Shown here: one piece after another, positions 56,718 through 64,000 of the stretch | Layout of the letters: each line of letters opens with the position of its first letter | Numbering within the stretch: position 1 is the stretch's first letter | NCBI GenBank assembly: GCA_963760615.1 | Contig: CAVXDX010000003.1 | Location: forward strand, 32,001-96,000 | Length of the DNA: 64,000 bases | Reading direction: 5' to 3' | Source: an uncultured Candidatus Micrarchaeota archaeon | GTDB taxonomy: Archaea; Micrarchaeota; Micrarchaeia; Burarchaeales; Fermentimicrarchaeaceae | Made by a program: the position numbers and the translations under genes | Notes under the pieces: generated by a model | Told to the model about the DNA's origin: nothing | Database searches by the model: none | Seen by the model: only the letters and a program-made list of their open reading frames with translations

Positions 56718-57706
56718 AAGCAATGCTCAATTTCCTCAAATCTTCGAGGGAGAAGAAAGCCCTAATTCTCATCCACTCCCTTGCCGATTTGGATGCAGTT
56801 GGAAGTGCTGTAGCCCTCCAATTGTACCTCAAAAATTCCTCCATAATCGCTTCTGATTTGCCCACTGCAAAAGCGAGGAACCTGCTCAGGTTTGTTAAAT
56901 CTGAAGTTAATACTGGTGGGAAGCTCAGCTCTGATATGCTGCTAATTTTGGATACCAATTCATACGATATGCTCGGCGAGCTTGCCGAAGGAGTGAGAAA
57001 CTTCAAGGGTGAGAAAGCTGTGATAGACCACCACTCCATCCACCCGGATTCAATAAAAGCAAATCATCTGCTTGTTGACAACCGCTACCTGTCCACCTCA
57101 GAGCTCATCTACGAACTGCTGAAGGAGTTGAAATGTAAAATTTCTGAGAGGGAGGCCGTATGCCTGCTGTGCGGCATTATAGACGATTCCGCAGGCTTCA
57201 AGAATGCCAACAGGAAGACATTCAGCGATATAGCCCAGCTGCTTGGGAAAACAAAACTGAGATATGAAGAGATTCTGAGGTTTACTGAAACAAATTTAGA
57301 TATATCCCAGAGAATTGCTCTCCTAACAGCGTGTAAACGAGCAGATATACTGATGGTTGGAGGTTACCTCATAGCAAAATCCAATGTTGGTTCGTTTGAA
57401 GCCAAAGCAGCAGAGGCTCTTATAGACTTGGGAGCGGATTTCTCATTTGTAGGCTCAAGTGGAAAGAAGGAGGTGAGGATATCCGCAAGGGTGAGGGGTG
57501 ATGCGTGCAACGAGCTCGGCATCAACATTGCAACGCAGGTTATGGAAAAAGTTGGAAAGACTCTGAAAGGCAGCGGAGGAGGACATGCATGTGCTGCGGG
57601 AGCAGATGGACCCAATGTTGATGCATTTGATGATGCAATGGATGAATGCGTTAAGCTCACCAGGGAAATTCTAGAGAGGAAAACCAATGCTAAAGCCAGA
57701 AGTTGA
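56714..57706 (+). CDS. DHH/DHHA1 phosphoesterase
   Basis: H--AD-DAVGSA, ILDT, VIDHH and GSGGGH--AAG motifs. Confidence 0.9.
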   Translation: MKAMLNFLKSSREKKALILIHSLADLDAVGSAVALQLYLKNSSIIASDLPTAKARNLLRFVKSEVNTGGKLSSDMLLILDTNSYDMLGELAEGVRNFKGEKAVIDHHSIHPDSIKANHLLVDNRYLSTSELIYELLKELKCKISEREAVCLLCGIIDDSAGFKNANRKTFSDIAQLLGKTKLRYEEILRFTETNLDISQRIALLTACKRADILMVGGYLIAKSNVGSFEAKAAEALIDLGADFSFVGSSGKKEVRISARVRGDACNELGINIATQVMEKVGKTLKGSGGGHACAAGADGPNVDAFDDAMDECVKLTREILERKTNAKARS

Positions 57707-57986
57707 GAAAAAGGTTCTGTTATTTCTCAAGAAGATACCACGGAGTAGAGTCGCAACATACAAAAGCATAGGCAAAAAATTCAAGCTGCACCCAAGAGTT
57801 GTCGGGCTGATTATGGGGAGGAACAAGCATCCCGAGCTATACCCCTGCTTCAAGGTTGTGAAGTCAAATGGAGGTCTGGGAGGATACTCGGGAGTTGGCG
57901 GTGTTAAAAAGAAAATATGGCTTCTCAGAAAAAATGGAGTTGAATTCGAAAAGCGAATAGATTTGAGTAAATATCAGTGGAGCTAG
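57687..57986 (+). CDS. O6-methylguanine-DNA methyltransferase family protein
   Basis: KKIP--RVATY--I, HPRVVG, PCFKVV (active-site Cys) and LGGYSG motifs. Confidence 0.88.
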   Translation: MLKPEVEKKVLLFLKKIPRSRVATYKSIGKKFKLHPRVVGLIMGRNKHPELYPCFKVVKSNGGLGGYSGVGGVKKKIWLLRKNGVEFEKRIDLSKYQWS

Positions 57987-59185
57987 ATCTCCAGAATCCT
58001 TTTCAGCGTCTTTTCAGCGCTGCCCTTCCCCTCCTCGCTGAGCAATGAGTATAATGTCTCAACATCTATATCCGATTTGAAACCGTACTGCTTCAGTTTG
58101 TTCTTGAGAGTCTCTATTCCCATATCCCTTACAGACATCTTACTCTCCCTCAGACTCCTGAGCTTATCTATCTTCTCTTTCAGTGTCTCAGACTCAAGGC
58201 TTTTATCCACCTCCACAATTGCCCTGTCTTCAAACTCCCTTGCGATTGAACTCACATCGACATTTGACTGGTTGAGACCTTTTGCCAATGTGCCCTTCAG
58301 CTTGAGTTTTATCACTGGCTTAGTTTTGCTTTTGTTTTCCAGGAGCTTCTCCACGCTCTTCCTCGCCCTGGCGAGCACTTCCTCAAGCCCTGCCTGCTCG
58401 AACTCCAGCTCCTCGTAGAAGAATGGCCTGCTCTCTATATCATAGAAGACAGCCTCTTTGCTTTTCGTGTCAAAAACGAAGAATCCCTTGCCCCCCGCAT
58501 CCTCCTTCCTCATCTGCGTTATCACGGTGCTTCCAGGGATTATAAAATAGGCTCCGCTTTCAAGTTTCTGAACTATCTTTGAGTGCATATGCCCGCAGAG
58601 ATACAAATCAAAACCTTTCGGAAGATCCTCCATGCCCATCAAACTCTCCCCAGGAAGGAATTCCTTCATGCTCTGGTGGAATAAGAATATATTGAAAGCT
58701 CCGTCTACTGGTTTCAGGGAGAGTGCCTCCAGCGCACTCTTTGCATACTCCTCTGGGATGCCCCCCATCCCCTGCAGGGCAACCTTCTCCCCATCTTTTT
58801 CGAAAACCGCTGTAGCAGCATGCACATTCACAAGAAACCCCGCCTTCTCAAGCAGCTCAACTGGGTTGACCAGCTCTTTAGTCCTTCTCTCATGGGTTCC
58901 GTGAATTGCCACAACTGGCACTTCCGCATAATTCTCCCTTCCATCTCTGCTTTCATAGCTGACGAGCTTTGCTTCCCACTTCTTCCCTATGGCAATTCTA
59001 AAAAGTTTGAAGGATCTTGCCAGAATCTCCTGCTTGGGAACTCTGGAATCAAATATATCGCCGAGCAGCACTACCAAATCCGCCTCATTGCATGCTCTGG
59101 AAAAAGCCCTTTCCGCCTGTTCAAAAGAGTCCTCTAGGAACCTTGCATACCCCAAATGGAAATCCGCAAGCACTGCAATTTTCAA
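57983..59185 (-). CDS. mre11: Mre11 DNA repair nuclease
   Basis: ADFHLG, LGDIFD, IHGTHE, FHQS and LCGHMH motifs; TTG start at 59185. Confidence 0.9.
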   Translation of the reverse strand: MKIAVLADFHLGYARFLEDSFEQAERAFSRACNEADLVVLLGDIFDSRVPKQEILARSFKLFRIAIGKKWEAKLVSYESRDGRENYAEVPVVAIHGTHERRTKELVNPVELLEKAGFLVNVHAATAVFEKDGEKVALQGMGGIPEEYAKSALEALSLKPVDGAFNIFLFHQSMKEFLPGESLMGMEDLPKGFDLYLCGHMHSKIVQKLESGAYFIIPGSTVITQMRKEDAGGKGFFVFDTKSKEAVFYDIESRPFFYEELEFEQAGLEEVLARARKSVEKLLENKSKTKPVIKLKLKGTLAKGLNQSNVDVSSIAREFEDRAIVEVDKSLESETLKEKIDKLRSLRESKMSVRDMGIETLKNKLKQYGFKSDIDVETLYSLLSEEGKGSAEKTLKRILEI

Positions 59186-59256
59186 GCAATCACCGTATAC
59201 CCATGTCATGCTTCACAGATGCATAAATTATTAAAAACAAAGTATAAAATCCCTAT

Positions 59257-59343
59257 ATGACAGCCAGCACAATCTTCACCCTTTTCACTGCTCTGGTAAT
59301 GGTTATAGTCACCATAATATTCATATACATCATCACCCGGTGA
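59257..59343 (+). CDS. 28-aa single-TM peptide MTASTIFTLFTALVMVIVTIIFIYIITR
   Basis: entirely hydrophobic ORF after AT-rich TATA-like boxes, ending 4 nt before the DMT gene. Confidence 0.4.
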   Translation: MTASTIFTLFTALVMVIVTIIFIYIITR

Positions 59344-59347
59344 GCTT

Positions 59348-59773
59348 ATGGACTGGAGAATAGCGGCCATTTTAACAATGCTTGCGCTTGGAGTCTACAA
59401 TATCCTAGTTCAACAGTTTGTTAACGTTAAGAAAATCGACTGGCGGGTTATGATACCAATAGCGTTTGTCGTTTCTCTTGCGCTCCTGATCTACTTCCTG
59501 ACATCATATTCATCATTCATTGATGATATAACTCCCGGTTCAATACTCTTCTCATTCGCGCTGGCTTTCGTGTTTAGTGTATCGACAGTGTTCACCTACG
59601 TAACCTTCAAAGAGGGAGCCCCGCCGGGTCTTGCCGCTGTGGTATTCACCCTAAGTGCCCTTGTCACACTTCTCATATCAGCATTTTTACTAAAAACCGA
59701 TACTCTGGACTTTCAGAAAATTCTCGGCATAGTCTTCAGCATCATTGGGATAATACTGCTTCTCTATAAGTAA
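59348..59773 (+). CDS. EamA/DMT-type membrane protein
   Basis: five TM segments; C-terminal ILGI-FS--GIILL. Confidence 0.75.
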   Translation: MDWRIAAILTMLALGVYNILVQQFVNVKKIDWRVMIPIAFVVSLALLIYFLTSYSSFIDDITPGSILFSFALAFVFSVSTVFTYVTFKEGAPPGLAAVVFTLSALVTLLISAFLLKTDTLDFQKILGIVFSIIGIILLLYK

Positions 59774-59842
59774 CTCAACTACCTCAACAGATTTATATAA
59801 CCATTATTCTATAACCATTAAAATGAATCAAAAGGTGGTCGA

Positions 59843-60367
59843 ATGGACTTGCTTAATGACTTAAAATCTGGCCCGAATGTGCCTGATGAGATATATGTTG
59901 TGGTTGAAATTCCTAAAGGTAGCAGACATAAATACGAATATAAGGATGGTGCTTTCTTTCTGGATAGAGTTTTGTACTCAACATTGGTTCCAATGGGAGA
60001 CTATGGTTTAGTTCCCAGAACTCTCACTGGCGATGGTGACCCGTTGGATGTAGCAGTTCTGGTTGATCAGCCTTCATTTCCAGGTTGCGTTATAACCGCC
60101 AGGCCAATAGGCGTAATTATAACGCAGGATGAGAAAGGGGTCGATGACAAACTAATTGCGGTTCCAAGAGACGACCCTAGATACGCAGAAATCAAAAAGA
60201 TTGAGGATTTGCCCAAACACATACCAAAAGAGCTAGTGTTTTTCTTCCAGGAATATAAGAAATTGGAGCCGGGAAAATTCGTTAAGGTTGATAGAATTGG
60301 AGATGTGGAGGAAGCGAAAAAACTAGTCTTAGAGAGCATAAAAACATACGAGAATGCTAAAAAGTGA
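59843..60367 (+). CDS. ppa: family I inorganic pyrophosphatase
   Basis: VEIPKGS--KYE, LDRVLY, DYG--PRTL--DGDPLD, DDK and FF-EYKKLE motifs. Confidence 0.97.
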   Translation: MDLLNDLKSGPNVPDEIYVVVEIPKGSRHKYEYKDGAFFLDRVLYSTLVPMGDYGLVPRTLTGDGDPLDVAVLVDQPSFPGCVITARPIGVIITQDEKGVDDKLIAVPRDDPRYAEIKKIEDLPKHIPKELVFFFQEYKKLEPGKFVKVDRIGDVEEAKKLVLESIKTYENAKK

Positions 60368-60461
60368 AATTCTGCTCCTCTACAGCTAAATTGTATATTA
60401 GACAGGTAACGAATAACTTTATAAACAATTCAGTAGCATATTATACCACGGAGGGAGAAAA

Positions 60462-62207
60462 ATGGACGCAGAATTTCATGACCTTGTTAAAGCAAATGAA
60501 AAAAACCTTAGACTGAAACCGAACATGGATGACTACGATAAGGTTTACAAAAACTTTAAATGGGATGACGTAAAGAAAGAAGTTGTTTGGTTTGATGGAG
60601 GTAAAGTAAACATCGCCTACAATGCAATTGATAGGCATAGGGACACGTGGAGAAGGAATAAGGTGGCTCTCTACTGGGAAGGTGAGGATGGAAGGAGCGA
60701 GAAGTATACTTTTCTTGAACTTTCGAACCTCTCAAACAAATTTGCAAATGTTTTGAAGAAATACGGGCTTAAGAGGGGGGATAGGGCATTCATATTCCTC
60801 TCAAGAATCCCCCAAACTTACATTGCTTTTCTCGGAATATTAAAAGCGGGCGGAGTTGCGGGAACTCTTTTTGCTGCCTTTGGTCCTGATGCTTTGAAGG
60901 ATAGGTTGCTCAACAGCGAGGCAACATTTCTGATAACAAATGAGACCCTAAGGGAAAGGGTTGAGAAGGTCAGGAGCGAGCTTCCAGCATTGAAAAACAT
61001 CATAATTGTTGGAGGAAAGAACTTGAAGGAGGGAGAGATAAGCTACGAGGATGAGATGGCAAAAGCATCAAGGAATTTTGAAGTTGAGAAGATGGACCCC
61101 AATGAGCTTGCATTCATGCTTTACACCTCAGGTTCTACCGGCAAGCCTAAAGGAGTGATGCACACTCATGGAGGAATAATCCAGCAGCACATAACTGCAA
61201 AATGGGTTCTTGACTTGAAGGATGAAGATATCTACTGGTGCACATCAGACCCTGGCTGGATTACTGGAATCTCCTACAGCATAATCGGGAACTGGTCCAA
61301 TGGAGTTTCGACAGTTGTTTATGATGGTAGATTCGACCCAGACAAGTGGTATTCGCTGATTGAGAAATACCAAGTGAGCGTCTGGTACACCGCTCCAACT
61401 GCCTTGAGAATGCTCATGTCTGCCGGCGAAGAAGTTCCAAAGAAATATGACTTGAGCAGCCTGCGTTACATCTGCAGCGTTGGCGAGCCGCTAAACCCCG
61501 AGCCGATAAGGTGGGGCCACAAGGCATTCGGTCTGTGGATTCATGATACGTGGTGGCAGACAGAAACTGGAAGCATGTTGATATGCAACTACCCCAAAAT
61601 GGATATACATATTGGCTACATGGGAAAGCCCTTCCCAGGAATAGTTGCAGGGATAGTTGATGATAATGGAAACGAGTTAAAAGCAGGTGAGGAGGGAAAC
61701 CTTTCTCTAAGGCCTGGCTGGCCATCTCACTTCGTTGGAGTATGGAAGAATGATGAGAAATACAAATCATACTTCAAAAATGGCTGGTACATAACTGGCG
61801 ATACTGCAAAAATGGACCCGGACGGCTACTTCATATATGTTGGAAGAGCCGATGATGTAATCAAAACAGCTGGGGAGAGGGTAGGGCCGTTCGAGATTGA
61901 AAGCGCTCTGGTTGACCATCCAGCAGTTGCAGAGGCAGGAGTGATAGGCAAGCCAGACCCAGAAGGGATAAGGGGAGAGATAATAAAAGCATTCATAGTT
62001 CTTAGAAAGGGCCACACACCTTCAAAAGAGCTTGAGGATGACATAAGGAAATTCATAAAGGGCAAGCTTGCAGGCCACATGTATCCCAAGGAGATACAGT
62101 TCACTGACACCCTTCCAAGGACGCAGAGCGGAAAGATAATGAGAAGGGTGCTGAGAGCGCAGGAGCTCGGCCTTCCGACAGGGGACTTGTCAACAATAGA
62201 GAAATAA
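60462..62207 (+). CDS. acsA: acetyl-CoA synthetase (AMP-forming)
   Basis: YTSGSTGKPKG, SVGEPLNP, DTWWQTETG, GRADDVI and PRTQSGKIMRR motifs. Confidence 0.95.
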   Translation: MDAEFHDLVKANEKNLRLKPNMDDYDKVYKNFKWDDVKKEVVWFDGGKVNIAYNAIDRHRDTWRRNKVALYWEGEDGRSEKYTFLELSNLSNKFANVLKKYGLKRGDRAFIFLSRIPQTYIAFLGILKAGGVAGTLFAAFGPDALKDRLLNSEATFLITNETLRERVEKVRSELPALKNIIIVGGKNLKEGEISYEDEMAKASRNFEVEKMDPNELAFMLYTSGSTGKPKGVMHTHGGIIQQHITAKWVLDLKDEDIYWCTSDPGWITGISYSIIGNWSNGVSTVVYDGRFDPDKWYSLIEKYQVSVWYTAPTALRMLMSAGEEVPKKYDLSSLRYICSVGEPLNPEPIRWGHKAFGLWIHDTWWQTETGSMLICNYPKMDIHIGYMGKPFPGIVAGIVDDNGNELKAGEEGNLSLRPGWPSHFVGVWKNDEKYKSYFKNGWYITGDTAKMDPDGYFIYVGRADDVIKTAGERVGPFEIESALVDHPAVAEAGVIGKPDPEGIRGEIIKAFIVLRKGHTPSKELEDDIRKFIKGKLAGHMYPKEIQFTDTLPRTQSGKIMRRVLRAQELGLPTGDLSTIEK

Positions 62208-62215
62208 GTTTTTTA

Positions 62216-63586
62216 CTATTTTTTATTCATAAATTTTGAGTAGTCCACAAGCTCCCTAAGTGCCTTAATTGCAGATGATGTTGACGTGTAGGTTGGTAAG
62301 CCGCAGTTTTCCAGTATCCTGCTATGGACCTCAGCATATTCCCCGCCAGGGCATACCACCAGTATTGGCTTCTTCTTCAGGTTTGATGCCTCCACGAGCA
62401 TGCTGACAACTCTTGAGTCAATGCTTTCTGTCTGGAATAGCACCCCAACCAGAATGGAATCCACATTCGGGTCACCAAGCATGGCCTCCATGGCAATTTC
62501 AAACCGGTCTGCGCCAGCATCCCCGCTCAAATCAAGCGGATTCTTAACGTTCACATACGCAGGGACTTTCTCGCTTATTGCTGCCTTGCTTCCTTCGCTC
62601 AGTTCAGCAATCTTTAACCCGTTTTCCTCAACGCTGTCTGCTGCAATCACTGCCAAACCTCCCCCGTTCGTTATTACACCAACTCTCTCACCGCTGCAGA
62701 ATGGCTGGGATTCAAACAGCTTTGAGAAATTGAATATTTCATCCAGATTCTTTGCCTCGGTTGCCCTGCACTGCTCGAACACCGCCTCGTAGACAGCAGC
62801 ATTGCCTGCTAGGGAGCCTGTGTGGGATTTTGTTGCAACTGCGCCCACAGTGGTTTTCCCCCCCTTCAGCACAACTACCGGCTTTTTTTTGGTGACTTCC
62901 TTCAATGTCTCAAAGAACTCCCTCCCCCTTTTCACCCCCTCTATGTAAAGCACTATTATCCTAGTCCTCTCGTCATCTGCTATGTACCTCAACAGGTCAG
63001 TCTCATCAAGTGCAGCAGCATTGCCGTAGGAAACGAATTTTGACATTCCAAACCCCTGCCTTGCCATCAAATCAAGCACCGCGCCTCCAATAGCGCCGCT
63101 CTGGCTTATGAAGCTCACTCCTCCAAGCTTCGGCCTGCCCATCTTGTATGTTGGTATGAAAACACTGTCAACTCTTGTCAACGGGTTTATCACTCCCATG
63201 CAGTTTGGCCCAAGGCATGCAATATTGTACTTGATAGCTATCTCCCTCAGCTCGTTCTCAAGTGCAATGTTCCCAACCTCCGCGAATCCCCCGCTTATAA
63301 CTATCGCACCCTTGACCCCTTTCTCACCGCACTCTCTCAGCGCATCCGGCACAAGTTTTGCAGGTATGGATATGACTGCAAGATCAACCTTTTCCTTTAT
63401 TTTCCCCACGCTGGGATAGCACTTCAAGCCCAGAATCTCTTCGCTCTTCGGGTTTACCGGGTATATCTTACCCCTAAAACCCCCTTCTATGAAATTCCTG
63501 AGCAGCACATGCCCTATTTTGCCTGGGTCTCTGGAAGCCCCTATTATTGCAACGCTGCTTGGGTTGAAAAGCACATCTACATTCAA
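62216..63586 (-). CDS. acdA: acetate-CoA ligase (ADP-forming) alpha subunit
   Basis: F-P-SVAIIGAS, GPNCMG, SQSG and SHTGSLAG (phospho-His) motifs; TTG overlaps the acdB stop. Confidence 0.93.
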   Translation of the reverse strand: MNVDVLFNPSSVAIIGASRDPGKIGHVLLRNFIEGGFRGKIYPVNPKSEEILGLKCYPSVGKIKEKVDLAVISIPAKLVPDALRECGEKGVKGAIVISGGFAEVGNIALENELREIAIKYNIACLGPNCMGVINPLTRVDSVFIPTYKMGRPKLGGVSFISQSGAIGGAVLDLMARQGFGMSKFVSYGNAAALDETDLLRYIADDERTRIIVLYIEGVKRGREFFETLKEVTKKKPVVVLKGGKTTVGAVATKSHTGSLAGNAAVYEAVFEQCRATEAKNLDEIFNFSKLFESQPFCSGERVGVITNGGGLAVIAADSVEENGLKIAELSEGSKAAISEKVPAYVNVKNPLDLSGDAGADRFEIAMEAMLGDPNVDSILVGVLFQTESIDSRVVSMLVEASNLKKKPILVVCPGGEYAEVHSRILENCGLPTYTSTSSAIKALRELVDYSKFMNKK

Positions 63587-63999
63587 GGCAACACCCTCAC
63601 ATCCACTACGCAATAGCCGTCTTTGTAAGCTATCACGGGGTTCAAATCCATCTCATCTACCCCAGCATTCTCAGTGAGGAGCTTTGAAACTTTCTGCAGC
63701 AGAGAGGCAATCGCATCGATATCGACAGGTTCTGTGCCTCTTGCTCCCGTAAGCAGCTGATATGCCCTCATCTCCCTTATCATTTCCAATGCATCGTTTC
63801 CATCTATGGGGCAGACTCTCAGCGAGAAATCCCTGAAAGCCTCAACAAATATCCCCCCAAGCCCGAAGAGAATGACCGGTCCGAACTGTTCATCCCTTCT
63901 TCCTCCGATAATTAGCTCCACACCAGGTCTCGTCATCCTCTGGACAATGACTCCCTCAACCTTCACCCCCCCTGCGTTTGAGAGGATTTCCGCATAAGC
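63583..63999 (-). CDS. acdB: acetate-CoA ligase (ADP-forming) beta subunit, 3' part (runs off the window)
   Basis: VQRM, ELIIG--RD-QFGPVILFGLGGIFVE and EMDLNPV ATP-grasp motifs. Confidence 0.9.
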   Translation of the reverse strand, partial: AYAEILSNAGGVKVEGVIVQRMTRPGVELIIGGRRDEQFGPVILFGLGGIFVEAFRDFSLRVCPIDGNDALEMIREMRAYQLLTGARGTEPVDIDAIASLLQKVSKLLTENAGVDEMDLNPVIAYKDGYCVVDVRVLP

Positions 64000-64000
64000 C

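Noticed and set aside
1-64000. CRISPR array, cas genes, rRNA, integrase or transposase ORFs
   Set aside because: No regularly spaced repeats or recognisable signatures were found by eye.
1-64000. Numerous opposite-strand or alternate-frame ORFs in the track (e.g. 927..1745, 8844..9644, 48809..49540, 52681..53331)
   Set aside because: They are shadows of confidently identified genes, with Ser/Phe/Leu-rich antisense composition and no motifs.

Overview
Archaeal chromosomal DNA in the standard code, with TATA boxes and GAGGTG(A) ribosome-binding sites. It is most likely from a DPANN lineage such as Micrarchaeota; this is inferred from the S-layer and class III pilin types and the compact genes. 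Most of the window is housekeeping: an archaeal mevalonate branch (DUF126/AcnX small subunit, IPK, IDI-2, MVK), GluRS, a methanogen-type SerRS, aRF1, PyrH, Dph2, PpsA, uL16, eL15, TtuA/TtuB, the RNase P-proteasome-exosome superoperon, Mre11, PPase, Acs and AcdAB, plus tRNA-Tyr(GTA, with intron) and tRNA-Asp(GTC). Accessory parts are a papain/lectin/dockerin surface protease, a HerA-like ATPase, a 4xAbrB protein, an AbiE toxin-antitoxin pair, a membrane-anchored double-AAA ATPase beside the S-layer gene, and twin pilins. The main discovery is at trpB2: the RBS-preceded ATG is out of frame, and the conserved N-terminus can be reached by a +1 shift at a prfB-like site, AGG GAU UGU CUU UGG G, in which a Trp codon replaces the stop. 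This is a candidate tryptophan-sensing programmed frameshift. trpB2 is translationally coupled to a miniature SerK-like free-serine kinase that could supply O-phosphoserine. The second discovery is a family of IS200/IS605 end-like hairpins, including an orphan promoter-bearing TnpB omega-RNA-like locus antisense inside the proteasome superoperon. No CRISPR array or rRNA was seen. All family assignments come from motif recognition by eye; no database searches were run.
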